Positions 30,219-41,600 of a stretch of 64,000 nucleotides of DNA are shown in pieces. The notes beneath the pieces are model-generated. The model saw nothing but the letters and a program-made list of their open reading frames with translations, was not told where the DNA came from and searched no databases. Numbering within the stretch: position 1 is the stretch's first letter; each line of letters opens with the position of its first letter. The stretch comes from Chamaesiphon sp. (lineage in GTDB: Bacteria > Cyanobacteriota > Cyanobacteriia > Cyanobacteriales > Chamaesiphonaceae). The stretch is from assembly GCA_965246715.1 (NCBI GenBank), contig CBDFFH010000038.1, positions 132,081 through 196,080 on the forward strand, written 5' to 3'. The position numbers and the translations under genes were made by a program.

Positions 30219-30665
30219 ATGCAGAAGGTAAGTTTATTATTAGCTTCACTGTTTGGCGTGTCACTGATGCTCGGTGCCCATTCCGCAAATGCTACTGGCA
30301 GTAACGGTACTCAGGAGCCTGTAAGTGTTCCTAACCACGGCACCCTCATCAGCGAAAGCAGTACCGCTCCCAGCAATGTTGGCAGCACTGGGAGCGGTAC
30401 TGGTACCAGTGGCAAGGGGACACGGGGTACGAGTGGTACTACGAGTACTAGTGGAAGTGTTAATAACACTTCCACTAAGAGCGGTAGCGGCAAGCGCAAC
30501 CGTAGCACTGGTATTGGCAGTACTGGTAGCGGTACTGGGACTAGTGGCAACGGCACGCGTGGTACGAGCGGTACTACGAGCACTAGTGGTAGTAACGGCA
30601 ATAATAGCAATAGTAATGTTAGTCCTAGCCCTAGTTTGAGAACCAGTCCCGCCCCTAGTCCTTAA
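30219..30665 (+). CDS. Secreted Gly/Ser/Thr-rich paralogue with an internal 25-aa duplication
   Basis: Signal peptide similar to 29911 (SLLL.SLFG.SL.LGA). GSTGSGTGTSG.GTRGTSGTTSTSGS occurs twice. Confidence 0.75.
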   Translation: MQKVSLLLASLFGVSLMLGAHSANATGSNGTQEPVSVPNHGTLISESSTAPSNVGSTGSGTGTSGKGTRGTSGTTSTSGSVNNTSTKSGSGKRNRSTGIGSTGSGTGTSGNGTRGTSGTTSTSGSNGNNSNSNVSPSPSLRTSPAPSP

Positions 30666-30731
30666 TCCGATGCGATCTTGTTGCGCTACTAAAGCTGTAA
30701 AATAACTAGCTAAAAAACTTTGACTTGGTTT

Positions 30732-30750
30732 ATATCTATCTAACGGTAGA
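30732..30750. promoter_or_regulatory. Imperfect palindrome ATATCTATC-N4-GGTAGA (copy 2, upstream of katE)
   Basis: Matches 29521-29539. Confidence 0.45.
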
Positions 30751-30892
30751 ACTAATCTCTAAATTTCTTGCTTAGATTGGGAGAGGGGAGCAAGAAAAAA
30801 ATTTAGATATCTAGGCTGCTGTCTGACTGAGAGCGTAAATCTTCACTACGAGCTAGTTACAGCAGCCAGAAATAGCACACTATAGGACTACC

Positions 30893-33049
30893 ATGAGCGA
30901 ACAACATCCAGTCAACGAACATAGCAAAGATCGTAGCCTAGAGAATTATCGCCAACCAGCGGGCGAGAACTTAACCACTGATGACGGAGTACGCCTGAGT
31001 GATACCGATAACTCGCTCAAAGCTGGCGGACGCGGCCCGACGTTATTGGAAGATTTCCATCTGCTCGAAAAGACGGCGGCTTTCGATCGCGAACGCATTC
31101 CCGAACGGGTGGTTCACGCGCGGGGTTCTGGCGCGCATGGCTACTTTCAGCCATACGAGTCGATGGCCGAATTTACTAAAGCTAAATTCCTCCAAGATCC
31201 GAGTGTCAAAACGCCTGTATTCGCACGGTTTTCTACCGTTGGCGGTTCGCGGGGTTCGGCGGATGCAGTGCGAGATGTCCGAGGTTTTTCGGTGAAGTTT
31301 TACACCGAGGAAGGTAACTACGATTTCGTCGGCAATAATATTCCGGTCTTCTTCATTCAGGATGCGATTAAGTTCCCTGATATCATTCATGCCGTAAAAC
31401 CCGAACCCGACCACGAGATGCCGCAAGCTTCGACAGCACATCCGAGCTTCTGGGACTTTATTTCCCTAGTGCCGGAATCGATGCACATGATTATGTGGTT
31501 ATTGTCCGATCGCACCTTGCCGCGTAACTTTAGCACGATGCAGGGCTTTGGCGTACATACTTACCGCTGGGTCGATGCCCAAGGTAAATCGCGCTTTGTG
31601 AAGTTCCACTGGAAACCGTTGGCTGGCGTGCATTCCAATGTCTTCGACGAAGCTCAAAAGCTGGCGGGTAAAGACCCTGACTTCCAGCGACGCACGCTGT
31701 GGGACTCGATCGAACAAGGTAACTATCCAGAGTATGAGTTAGGCGTACAAATCATCGAGGAAGCGGACGAACACAAATTCGACTTCGATATTCTCGATGC
31801 CACCAAGCTGATTCCTGAAGAATTAGTGCCCGTCCGCCCAGTCGGTAAAATGGTACTCGATCGCAATCCCGACAATTTCTTTGCTGAGACCGAGCAAGTT
31901 GCCTTCCAACCCTCAAATGTTGTGCCAGGGATCGACTTTAGCGACGATCCGCTTTTACAAGGTCGGCTGTTTTCATACCACGATACCCAGCTGCATCGCT
32001 TAGGTAGCCCCAACTTTACCCATTTACCGATCAACCGTCCCGTTTGCCCATTTAGCAATAATAACCAAGACGGTCGGATGCAGTCGGAAATCAAGACCAG
32101 CCGCGTCAATTACAGCCCGAATTCTTTAGGTGATAATTTACCCGCTCCAGTTGACCCCGCCGATGGTGGCTTTGTTACCGTACCCGAACGGGTTGAAGGT
32201 CATAAAATTCGCGAACGCAGTCCGAGTTTTGCCGATCATTACAGTCAAGCAACTCTGTTCTGGAATAGCCTCTCGCTGGGCGAAAAAGATCGCCTCGTCG
32301 AAGCCGCGCATTTTGAATTGGGTAAAGTGGGCGATAAAAGCGTTAAGACGCGGATGCTACTCCGGTTTAACATGGTTGATGCCGAGCTAGCCAAGCGTGT
32401 TGCGATGGGACTGGGAATGCCCGCACCGACTGAAGCAGGGCCAGCAAATCACGGTCAAAAATCGGCAGCACTGAGTCAAGAACACACCACCAAAACTGCT
32501 AAAGGTCGCAAGGTCGCGATTTTAGCTGCTGATGGTGTCAACGGCGACCAGCTCGCCTCGATCGAAGGTGCGTTAGAAGCAGCACACGTATCGACCGAGA
32601 TCGTCTCGAAATTCGGTGGGACGATTAAAAACGCTGAGGGTGGAGAAATCGAGGTCGATAAGACCTTCCTGACTGCTGCCTCGGTGATGTACGATGCGAT
32701 CTACGTCCCTGGCGGCGCGCAAAGTGTCGAAGCCTTGAAAGCGCATGGCGAAGCCATGGAGTTCGTACGTGAAGCCTTCAAGCACTTCAAACCGATCGCG
32801 GCTTCTGGCGAAGGTGTGGATCTGTTGACCCAATCCGACCTCAAAGGAATAGATCTGAGCCAGACCAATGGTAAGGTCAGTGACGAACTCGGTGTCATTA
32901 CCCTCCGCGACCCCTCGAAAATGGAGGCGTTCGCGCATTCCTTCCTCGACGCGATTAAAGAGCACCGTTTCTGGAAGCGTCCAGTTCCCGGTACCGCTTC
33001 GGTCAAGGCTGCTGAGATGGCTAAAACATTAAGCGAGGTGCAAGTTTAA
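30893..33049 (+). CDS. katE: Large-subunit monofunctional catalase (HPII, with a DJ-1-like C-domain)
   Basis: Motifs [33 protein letters not shown] and YDAIYVPGG. Confidence 0.95.
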   Translation: MSEQHPVNEHSKDRSLENYRQPAGENLTTDDGVRLSDTDNSLKAGGRGPTLLEDFHLLEKTAAFDRERIPERVVHARGSGAHGYFQPYESMAEFTKAKFLQDPSVKTPVFARFSTVGGSRGSADAVRDVRGFSVKFYTEEGNYDFVGNNIPVFFIQDAIKFPDIIHAVKPEPDHEMPQASTAHPSFWDFISLVPESMHMIMWLLSDRTLPRNFSTMQGFGVHTYRWVDAQGKSRFVKFHWKPLAGVHSNVFDEAQKLAGKDPDFQRRTLWDSIEQGNYPEYELGVQIIEEADEHKFDFDILDATKLIPEELVPVRPVGKMVLDRNPDNFFAETEQVAFQPSNVVPGIDFSDDPLLQGRLFSYHDTQLHRLGSPNFTHLPINRPVCPFSNNNQDGRMQSEIKTSRVNYSPNSLGDNLPAPVDPADGGFVTVPERVEGHKIRERSPSFADHYSQATLFWNSLSLGEKDRLVEAAHFELGKVGDKSVKTRMLLRFNMVDAELAKRVAMGLGMPAPTEAGPANHGQKSAALSQEHTTKTAKGRKVAILAADGVNGDQLASIEGALEAAHVSTEIVSKFGGTIKNAEGGEIEVDKTFLTAASVMYDAIYVPGGAQSVEALKAHGEAMEFVREAFKHFKPIAASGEGVDLLTQSDLKGIDLSQTNGKVSDELGVITLRDPSKMEAFAHSFLDAIKEHRFWKRPVPGTASVKAAEMAKTLSEVQV

Positions 33050-33079
33050 TCGCCCTTAGAATGGAATAATCCCGCATGA

Positions 33080-33121
33080 GATGGAGTAGAGTCAACCAAT
33101 CGAGGTAGGCTCTACTCCATC
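33080..33121. terminator. Strong hairpin between convergent genes
   Basis: GATGGAGTAGAG...CTCTACTCCATC, a 12-bp perfect stem. Confidence 0.7.
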
Positions 33122-33216
33122 TTGCTATTTAAATAACGTCAGTCGCCAATGGGGCGCGCCGCAGCACTGGCCGTCGAGTTCGAGTAGTCGGGTTGCCTCA
33201 TCACCGCACGAGCTAG

Positions 33217-33939
33217 TTAACTTTCTTGGCGATTATTGCTACTAAGTATCTTTAAGGCTAATTCTGGTCGATCGGTAATAATGGCAGATATATATTTATT
33301 CCGAATTAACTTAACTAAACGCCATTCTTCATTTACCGTCCACACATATATTTCACGATTTAGTAATCTCATTCTCCAGGCAAATCCTAGCTTGAGTAAC
33401 CTAAAATTAGGTGAAACAAAGTCAGCTCCAGTTTTAAAGATCCGATACTCAGGAAAAAAGTCCGATAAGATACTAATCAATGGATGTTTTGGGGCAATCC
33501 GACCTAGTAACATCCCAACTTTAATTTGCGGATCGAGATTTTTGACCCTGCGGACAGAAGCATCATTAAATGATTTGATGACAAAGTTCCCATAGCTAAA
33601 ATACTGAGTGGTAAGGTCAACAATTTGCGCTTCGTAACCTTCCTCTTTAAGTTCGATATCTAAGTCGATGCGATCGCGACAAAGTTTGAGAATATCTTCA
33701 AATAACGGAATTTCAAAACCTTTGCTTTTAGAAATTGCTAGCAATTCATGATAGGGAAGATCTTCGATTGCAATACCATCGATCGTCGGATCGTGATAAC
33801 AGATCGCCCGACCATCTCGGGTCATCCGTAAATCGAACTCAACCTGCTCGATTCCCAGCTCGATCGCTTTTTGAAAAGCTTCAATAGTATTCTCGGAGCG
33901 GACTAGCGCTGTCCTACCGCGATGAGCGACGATGCTCAT
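33217..33939 (-). CDS. Glycerophosphodiester phosphodiesterase
   Basis: Motifs MSIVAHRG, ENTIEAF, EFD, HD, DIELK, WTVN and IITDRP. The longer ORF start reads through a mini-element. Confidence 0.9.
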   Translation of the reverse strand: MSIVAHRGRTALVRSENTIEAFQKAIELGIEQVEFDLRMTRDGRAICYHDPTIDGIAIEDLPYHELLAISKSKGFEIPLFEDILKLCRDRIDLDIELKEEGYEAQIVDLTTQYFSYGNFVIKSFNDASVRRVKNLDPQIKVGMLLGRIAPKHPLISILSDFFPEYRIFKTGADFVSPNFRLLKLGFAWRMRLLNREIYVWTVNEEWRLVKLIRNKYISAIITDRPELALKILSSNNRQES

Positions 33940-33970
33940 GCCAAGTGGCGGCTGAGCCAGGTGTGTAGCA

Positions 33971-33994
33971 TTGGCGTACCCTCTCCGCTGGAGA
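33971..33994 (+). repeat. Degenerate 24-nt mini-element
   Basis: TTGGCGTACCCTCTCCGCTGGAGA with eroded flanks (CA / AACG). Confidence 0.6.
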
Positions 33995-34185
33995 AACGCC
34001 AACGCCAATGAAAAATGATTTGATTTATTCATCAGCAGTAATCGATTGCCATCTCGGCTACCGAGCGAGTGTCGAGCCAAACGTCCTAATTACCAGATGT
34101 GATGCTAATCAGGCGACCTAGTGTCCCGATTTACCGATATTCGGTAGACTATCGGTGTCGTTTCATGATATATTGTAACAACTCT

Positions 34186-34257
34186 GCGGGAGTAGTTCAG
34201 TGGTAGAACGTCAGCTTCCCATGCTGAATGTCGTGGGTTCGAGTCCCATCTCCCGCT
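34186..34257 (+). tRNA. tRNA-Gly(CCC)
   Basis: Acceptor stem GCGGGAG/CTCCCGC, D-arm with AGTGGTA, anticodon arm TCAGC-TTCCCAT-GCTGA, T-arm GGTTCGAGTCC; no encoded CCA. Confidence 0.97.
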
Positions 34258-34304
34258 CTTTTTAGTAACCATTTAACGCCTGAAGGGAGATCCGAACTTC
34301 CTGC

Positions 34305-34865
34305 CTAGCTATGATCTCGATAGTCTAAATCCAGCTTGGAAATATTATCTCTAAAATCTCGCTTCGATTTTCGCTGCCGACTAACTTTCAATTCTGGTGA
34401 ATATATATGCTTGTCTGTTGAGAATCTCATCGAGCCTTCTGACAAGAACGAATCACGCTTTATCATAATTCCATTATAGGGACACCAGTCATACCCACAA
34501 TCATGCTTTGAATAATTCCCAAAATTACGATGTTTGATTTTCTTGGTGGCTAAGATTTTCTGTTGATTAACAACGATATCTCTCCAGAGTTGTGCGCGAT
34601 CGGCAATTGTGACTTCGGCTCGTCCCAAGATTTCGATTTCTAAATAAGTGTAAGGATCTTTGAGTTGCAGAAATTCAAACTGTTTTGGAAATTTTGATAT
34701 TGCTACTGCTCTAATTTCTTGTTTCTGTTCTAAATTTAACTTGTCGTTTTCTAAGATCGATCGAAACAAACCCAGTACGTTAAAGTCCGAGTAATCCTCG
34801 TGTCGATCGAGTATGGCAACATACTCTAGAAAAGTGAGTCGATTAAATTTTTGAGCTATTTTCAT
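34305..34865 (-). CDS. Hypothetical protein (AT-rich, HDCGYDWCPYNG motif)
   Basis: 186-aa ORF convergent on the tRNA. Confidence 0.65.
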   Translation of the reverse strand: MKIAQKFNRLTFLEYVAILDRHEDYSDFNVLGLFRSILENDKLNLEQKQEIRAVAISKFPKQFEFLQLKDPYTYLEIEILGRAEVTIADRAQLWRDIVVNQQKILATKKIKHRNFGNYSKHDCGYDWCPYNGIMIKRDSFLSEGSMRFSTDKHIYSPELKVSRQRKSKRDFRDNISKLDLDYRDHS

Positions 34866-35263
34866 GAGCTAGCGAATTCTCTGATAAGTTAATACATGCA
34901 AGCTTTTAAATGACGATCGCTGCGATAGTTAACAAGTAATAATATCGACCGGAGATTACTCCTGTTTTCTAATTATTAGCGTAGCAAACATTGTCCTGTT
35001 GAGACCAAATTTAATTTTAATTGAGAGCTAAGCGATAACTAGCAATACTTTGTGGTATTAGAGGTAATAATTAGGTGGCAAGATGTTGTTACCGATAAAA
35101 TATAGATTGACGATCGCGATCGATTTAGTTAAGATTTTAGTAGACTTTATTGACGATCGCTACGCCACAGCAGTTGTGAAGCGAACATGCTAGCCGATAG
35201 ACGATCGAGAGATCGACTCGCAAATCACTACGCAGGCCAAAACTCAACAAGATCGACAAAATT

Positions 35264-35491
35264 ATGCATACCCCAATTCCTAGAAAATTTACCGCTGAAG
35301 ATGGCTGTATTTTTGAATGTGATGAATTTAACTCTGTAAGTGTATATGTCCCAAACGAAATAGCTTCGACAATACCCGCAGAACACATGGAGCGATATTT
35401 ACTCGATCGCATCATGGAAGTTGCTGATATTTTGGGAATCGAGCCAAACGAACAAACTGGCGAGCATGAATTAAAAAATGTCATGACTTAA
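35264..35491 (+). CDS. Small acidic hypothetical protein
   Basis: 75-aa ORF with plausible composition; no family recognised. Confidence 0.4.
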   Translation: MHTPIPRKFTAEDGCIFECDEFNSVSVYVPNEIASTIPAEHMERYLLDRIMEVADILGIEPNEQTGEHELKNVMT

Positions 35492-35718
35492 TTAGAATTG
35501 GGCGGTTGTAGCGAGCTGAATAATTTGCATTATTCGTCAATAATAACGTTGTAGTGCGTACCTGAAAGGGTTAACATTGGCGAATGCCAGCCCGAAGACG
35601 ATCCCAACCGCGTAATACTGCTAGGCAATATGGCTCAAAACCTTTGTCGGTGCCAGCGATACGCGGATTGAATTATAATCGGTGATTGGCAAGTCCATGT
35701 ATATTTCAGGAGTTCACG

Positions 35719-36168
35719 GTGGAACGGACATTTATCGCAATCAAACCCGACGGCGTTCAACGCGGACTAGTTGGTGAAATCATTCGTCGCTTAGAGACCA
35801 AAGGCTTTACCCTCGTTGGCTTAAAACTCGTACATCCCAGCCGCGAACTAGCCGAACAGCATTATGCAGTTCATAAAGAAAGACCCTTTTTTGCTGGCTT
35901 GGTAGATTTTATTACGTCTGGGCCAGTAGTCGCCATGGTGTGGCAAGGTGATGGCGTAGTCGCGGCATCCCGACTGACTATCGGTGCTACCAACCCACTA
36001 GTATCCCCTCCCGGCACCATTCGCGGTGATTTAGGCATCAACATCGGCCGCAACCTGATTCACGGTTCTGATGCCGTCGAAACCGCTCACAGTGAAATTG
36101 CGCTCTGGTTCAAATCTGAAGAACTAGTAGATTGGACACCGACTGTCGCTCCTTGGTTAGCTGAGTAA
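35719..36168 (+). CDS. ndk: Nucleoside-diphosphate kinase
   Basis: [21 protein letters not shown] and [15 protein letters not shown] before the GTG. Confidence 0.97.
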   Translation: MERTFIAIKPDGVQRGLVGEIIRRLETKGFTLVGLKLVHPSRELAEQHYAVHKERPFFAGLVDFITSGPVVAMVWQGDGVVAASRLTIGATNPLVSPPGTIRGDLGINIGRNLIHGSDAVETAHSEIALWFKSEELVDWTPTVAPWLAE

Positions 36169-36170
36169 AT

Positions 36171-36229
36171 TAGGGGATGGGGGATGGGGGATAGTGAATA
36201 GTGAATAGTGAACAGTGAATAGTGAATAA
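36171..36229. repeat. Cyanobacterial heptamer tandem repeats (STRR-like): GGGGATG, then AGTGAAT
   Basis: Direct reading. Related arrays lie at ~36398 and ~46965 (ACTAGCC) and ~54287 (CCTATCC). Confidence 0.85.
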
Positions 36230-36240
36230 GTGGCTGGTAA

Positions 36241-36331
36241 ATTCCCCTCCTTGGAGCGGTGCGCGCCCGTCGGGTTTCCCGACGCGAAAAGCGCACCAAG
36301 ACAAGGGTGCCGCTTCGCGTCGGGGTGGGTA
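36241..36331. repeat. ACCCACCCC...AGGAGGGGA dispersed repeat (inverted copy with a nested insert)
   Basis: Relatives at ~45680-45704, ~54232-54272 and ~61924-61952. Confidence 0.6.
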
Positions 36332-36426
36332 GGATCTCCGCATCTCAATAATTTACTTCCTGCCCCTCTCCCTACTTCCTGCGGCTGTTAACCGTTTACT
36401 AGCCACTAGCCACTAGTCACTATCCC

Positions 36427-36675
36427 CTATCCCTTATCCCCTTGCACGCGACTAGCGATCGTTTCCGGCTGGATCGCCGATAATATAATATGTCCCGAAT
36501 CCATAATTAATACTGCGCGCGTCCGCCTACCATAAGTGCCGTCGATCGATTGTCCGCGTTCTTTCGCTTCATTGATGTGCCGTTTGATCGGTGCAGAATC
36601 AGGACTGACGATCGCTACGATCCGTTGCGTTGAAACTATATTACCAAAGCCAACATTAACAAATTGAATATTCAT
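36427..36675 (-). CDS. remA: RemA/DUF370 family protein
   Basis: Motifs [27 protein letters not shown] and LSAIQPET. Confidence 0.88.
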   Translation of the reverse strand: MNIQFVNVGFGNIVSTQRIVAIVSPDSAPIKRHINEAKERGQSIDGTYGRRTRAVLIMDSGHIILSAIQPETIASRVQGDKG

Positions 36676-36814
36676 TTTTGGTAGTTACCGATTAAAAGTT
36701 GCGGTACAGCTAGCTAACCCAATACCTAACAGGCTTATTGTAGAAGCGAAAAATCGTTAGTCTTGTGACTTCGATCGGGATATTTCCAACTTATTATTAA
36801 TTATTAATTCGATC

Positions 36815-38557
36815 GTGCAACAGGTTGACTTTACAACATTGACTGCGGCAGTCCGCGAACTCCAGCAGGACTGGATTCCATCGCGGGTAGAAACTGTATA
36901 CCAACGCGATCGCTATACGCTCTCGCTTGGCTTACGTACCCTCGACAGACGCGGTTGGGTTACCATCTCCTGGCATCCCCAAGCTGCCAGAATCGTCATC
37001 GCCGCTCCTCCTCCAAGAATCGCAGATACTTTCACGCTCAGCCAACAATTGCGCTCCGTATTGGGCGGATTGGCAATGGTTGACATGACGATCGTATACC
37101 CGTGGGAACGACTAGTACAGCTTAAGTTTGCCAGAAGACCAGGGGAAGATCCGCTCTATCACTTGTATGTAGAACCGATCGGCAAGTACAGCAATCTCAC
37201 GCTTACCGATCGCGACAATCTAATTATTACAACAGCACACCAAGTTAGCAATAAGCAATCAAGCGTAAGAACGATCGAAACTGGCAGACCTTACGAAATA
37301 CCACCCTCATTAACCGATCCGATGCCCAGTTTGGCAGAACCAATCGATCGCTGGATCGAGCGAGTCAGTCTGATTCCCGATCGACTCAACCACAGACTCG
37401 TAAGAAGTTATCGGGGATTGAGTACGATCTTGATGAATGGAATGATTGCCGATGCTGGACTAGACCCGGTTCAGACTACCGATACGCTTTCACCTTCAGA
37501 CTGGGAAAAGTTATTCGATCGCTGGCAGATTTGGCTCAAAACACTCGATCGCCTCGATGGGTATCGATTTCAGCCAAGCCTGACTGCTAACGGGTATAGC
37601 GTCATGGGCTGGGGGGAGGAGATCGTACCTGTCGCTACGGTCAATCAGGCGATCGATACCTACTATACCCAAATTCTCAGTCAAGAGACATTCAACCAGC
37701 TCCGACATCAACTCACCCAAAAATTGGGGACAATTTTAGCGAAGTTGCGTGTCAAAGCCAAGACATTTACCACTCGACTGCAAGAGTCAACCGGAGCCGA
37801 TGAATATCGTGCTCATGCTGATTTATTAATGGCGCATCTCCATGAGTGGCAACCAGGGATGAAATCGATCGTCCTGAATGATTTTGAGACAGAATCACCA
37901 GTAATAATTAAACTCGAACCCGAAAAAAATGCGATCCAAAACGCTCAATTTCTGTATAAGCGTCATCAAAAATTAAAACGTGCCATCTTAGCAGTCACCC
38001 CATTACTTGCCGAAGTTCAGGCAGAGATCGACTATTTAGAACAAGTAGAAGCAAGTATTCTACAAGTGCAAGACGCTCGGGTAAATGACATGCAAGAACT
38101 GCTCCAAACGTTACTCGAAATTAAAGAAGAATTAGTCAATACGGGATATTTAGCAACACCCGATCGCGTAGCAAAAGCTGAATTAGCCGAAACTCAACCA
38201 CACAGCCTCAAGACTCCTAGCGGCTTTGAATTATTAATCGGCCGCAATAATCGCCAAAACGATCGAGTCACTTTCAAACTCGCAACTGACTACGATCTGT
38301 GGTTTCACGCTCAGGAAATTGCTGGAAGTCATGGCTTACTGAGGATTCCGCCGGGAGCGGTAGCAGAGGAAGCAGATTTACAATTTACCGCTAATGCTGT
38401 CGCTTACTACAGCCGTGCCAGACAAAGCCAAGCTGTTGCGGTAGTGTATACCACACCCAAAAATGTCTACAAGCCCAAAGGTGCCAAACCTGGGATGGTA
38501 ATTTATAAGCACGAACGCATTCTCTGGGGGTATCCCAGTCAGCAACTCGATCGGTAG
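36815..38557 (+). CDS. rqcH: Rqc2/RqcH (NFACT, FbpA-like) ribosome quality-control factor
   Basis: Motifs EPIGKYSN, NAQFLYK, IGRNNRQND, WFHAQEIAGSH and KPKGAKPGMVIY. Confidence 0.9.
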   Translation: MQQVDFTTLTAAVRELQQDWIPSRVETVYQRDRYTLSLGLRTLDRRGWVTISWHPQAARIVIAAPPPRIADTFTLSQQLRSVLGGLAMVDMTIVYPWERLVQLKFARRPGEDPLYHLYVEPIGKYSNLTLTDRDNLIITTAHQVSNKQSSVRTIETGRPYEIPPSLTDPMPSLAEPIDRWIERVSLIPDRLNHRLVRSYRGLSTILMNGMIADAGLDPVQTTDTLSPSDWEKLFDRWQIWLKTLDRLDGYRFQPSLTANGYSVMGWGEEIVPVATVNQAIDTYYTQILSQETFNQLRHQLTQKLGTILAKLRVKAKTFTTRLQESTGADEYRAHADLLMAHLHEWQPGMKSIVLNDFETESPVIIKLEPEKNAIQNAQFLYKRHQKLKRAILAVTPLLAEVQAEIDYLEQVEASILQVQDARVNDMQELLQTLLEIKEELVNTGYLATPDRVAKAELAETQPHSLKTPSGFELLIGRNNRQNDRVTFKLATDYDLWFHAQEIAGSHGLLRIPPGAVAEEADLQFTANAVAYYSRARQSQAVAVVYTTPKNVYKPKGAKPGMVIYKHERILWGYPSQQLDR

Positions 38558-38652
38558 TAATCGGTATTTAGGTACTTGCCGTTATTTACAATATTCTGAC
38601 AAAAATAACTAATCCGCGATCGACGCTCGATCGTCAGTGATTACACCATTGC

Positions 38653-41600
38653 CTAAAATCTCTGCTCGAATTCGAGAATAGCGCGATTTTCGCCGGAAAG
38701 ATTGGTGGAACCGCGTAATAAGATTTGGTCGTTGATGCGGTATCGGAGACTGTAGTAGAGTGATTCGCTATTAGTTAAGATTTTAAATACGGAAGCAGAG
38801 ACTCGGGGCGTAATTTCGGTGCCGACTTCGGCAGCAATACCAAAGGTCGAATTACTGCTACTTTTAGAATCTCGCGTAATCGTGGGGAAGAGTCGAAAAT
38901 CGCTGAGACTAAAGACATCGCTGATCCGATCTTGGATCGTGTTGAGGATATTTGAACCTGCGAGATTGGCAATTCCCAAGCCGATATTTTCGCCAGAGCC
39001 GATGCGTTCGACTAAGCCGCCGCCCAGGAGGAGGACGATTTCTGGCTGGGTGAGGGCGGGGGTACTAGTAAGTTCTAGCCGTTGGGTGAGTTGGCTAGCT
39101 AGTCCGGCAATGCGGGCTTCGACTTGAACGGTTTGGACGGAACCCAGGCTGGTAGTATAAAAGTCGGCTGGTCGATCGATTTCACCATTAGTTGCTGTCC
39201 GAGCGATCGAATTGCGTTGGCTGAGTGGGCTAGAAGTACTTTCGAGAATTTTGGAATAGAGTCGGAGGTTGAGCACCGGATCGGTGCCTAAGGTGGGGAA
39301 GAAATCGGCGGTCTGGGGGCCGCTAGCAAGGCGAAATTGGGTGGTGAATAGATTGACCGATCCTTTTTGGAGTTGAACTTGGCCAAAGGGGCGCGGATTG
39401 TCCAGGGTGCCATCGATGTCCAGCTTGCCAGTTGCAATAAAACTGAGGATCGGGGCGCGCACGATTTGGAGATTGTCGCCGAGGATTAATTGGAGATTGC
39501 GGAATTCTAGGGAGTTGGGAGCAGGAGCTTCCACCGGGGTAGTTGGTTTGATGCCCAAGATCGTGTTAGTAGTATTCGGCGATTCGGGGATGGAGACCTG
39601 GCCGTTACTGAGCTTGAGTTCGCCCGAGAGCATGGGGTTGAAGGCAGTTCCCAAGATGATAAGTTTACCATTGACATCGCCTTTGTACTTCTCTTTGAGA
39701 TCGAGTGCTACATCGGTCATCAACACGCTCAGCTTTTTGCTGGGTTCGATCGAGAACGAATCAGTAATCGGTAAGATGCCCGAGATCGCCAATTGTCCCC
39801 GATCGAACTTACCCTCCAATTTACGTACGTCGATCCGATCGAAATCAAAGACAATTTCACTGTTAATAGCTCTTAATGGTTCGGGGATGGCTTCAGCTTG
39901 AATCTTCCCGTTGGAGATCGTGGCAATGCCATTGGCAGAGAGGGTTTTAACTTCGCCAGAGGACTTCATTTTGCCAGCGATTTGCACGGCAACTTTGCCT
40001 TGTCCGTCGATCCAATGGAGTTGTTTTTTACTGAACACATCGAGCATTTGTAAGCCGCGATCTTGGAGGCTGATATCGACTTTGATGTCGTCACTAGTTG
40101 GAGATTTGAGGGTAAAGGGTAGTTGATAGGGAATACTGCCAGCGATCTTAATCGCATCGTCACGATCTTCAGGGCGAAGCTTTTTCGTGAATGACGCACT
40201 GCTATTAAAGTTCAGTCGCCCATCTAGATAATTGAAGCTACCCGTAGCAGTTTCGAGGGGAATACGTTCGAGTTCGGCATTATTGAGTGCGACATTGCCG
40301 CTGATATGTGGATTGCCGATATTGCCGCTAATTTGTGCGGCGAGGTTGACACCACCATTAATATCTACGGGTAAGTCGATGACATTGCGAAACCAATCGG
40401 CTGGGAAGTTTTGGATGTTGATACTAGCATTTTGATTGTCAGCACCAAATTTTCCAGCTAGGGTCATCTGGGTATTTTTAATCGCTACCGTCAGGGGTTC
40501 GAGCTGGAGTTGTCCGTTGCGCCAATTACCTGTCGCTTGGAATCGATCGAGATGATAGCGCTCGAGTTGCCATTTTGCACCTTCGATGTTGAAATTAGCA
40601 CTGAGTCCGGCTTTTGGATTATTGGAGATCGCCAGTTCACCGCTAAAATCGCCTTGTAAGTTGCGGAGTTCGGGAATCGAAGTGGTTGTTTGTTGGCGCT
40701 CGCGCTCGCGATTGAGCCAGCGGCGCAGTTCGGAGAGACGACGCAGTTCGTTGTAAAGCGGTTGCGGTTGGTTGGCAATCTTCTCGGTTTGGGTGTAAAG
40801 ATCGGCTACAGTACCGTATTTCCGCCGATTGAATGGGGTCAATAAATCTTCAAAGCTAAAAATCTGCAATAAGTTCCGAACGTCTTCGAGGTTACCTTTG
40901 GGGACTTGAAGTTTGGCTTGGAAAGTAGGCGTTTTCGCACTCGGATTGACACTGGCATTGATTAGATAGCTGTTATCGCCCCGTTGAATCTCGGTATTAT
41001 CGAGATTGAGTTGTCCGTTAGCATAGCGAAAATTGGCTAACAACCGATCGCCCTGAAATGCGCCAAAGGTGGGTTTGGTAATTTCAATTTGTTTGCCTGT
41101 GACCTGATAATTAGTTAGATTGAGTGCGAGGCTACCTGTCGCATTACCGTCGAATCGATATTGGCGGATGCCAGCACTTTGCGGAATTAATGTTTGGAAT
41201 AAAGCGAGGGGAAACCGCTCGACATCGACATCGAGAATGCGATTTTCTGAGGTATTTCCCGTACTGCTGACACTACCTTTTGCCAGAATATCGTTCCGGT
41301 TGATATTGAAGCTTTGAATTTGGAAATTGCGATCGAGCGACAATGCCAATCGATCGGTTATGCCCGCAAAATTTAAATCTACCCCTTGTCCGGGATTAGC
41401 TTGGATACTACCGATGAGATTAGGGTCGAATTTTAGCGAGCCTGCTTGAAGATTGGTTAATTTTGTTTCGCCGAGTACGCGTAAATTAGTTGGACTATTA
41501 TTTTGGAGATTGCCATCGATCTGCCAATTGGCGCTGAGTCGTCCGGCAAATAAATTAGGATCGAGACTCTTATTTGGGGCAAATTTAGCGAGTTCGGCAA

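Noticed and set aside
29661..30639. Hydrophobic V/L/P-rich ORFs (29661-30107, 30311-30610, 30325-30639)
   Set aside because: Antisense or alternate-frame shadows of the G/S/T-rich genes.
33940..34080. N-terminal extension of the phosphodiesterase ORF
   Set aside because: It contains LQRRGYAN, the translation of a mini-element; the domain begins at MSIVAHRG.
34186..35500. Integrated element at tRNA-Gly
   Set aside because: No integrase, and no duplicated tRNA 3' end was seen; only AT-rich hypothetical ORFs.
36171..36229. Tandem repeats as a CRISPR array
   Set aside because: They are 7-nt units with no spacers, and no cas genes are present.
41236..41275. Possible second mini-element in tamB (SSTGNTSENR)
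   Set aside because: It ends in AATCGC but lacks the shared core and the CG flank; too degenerate to call.
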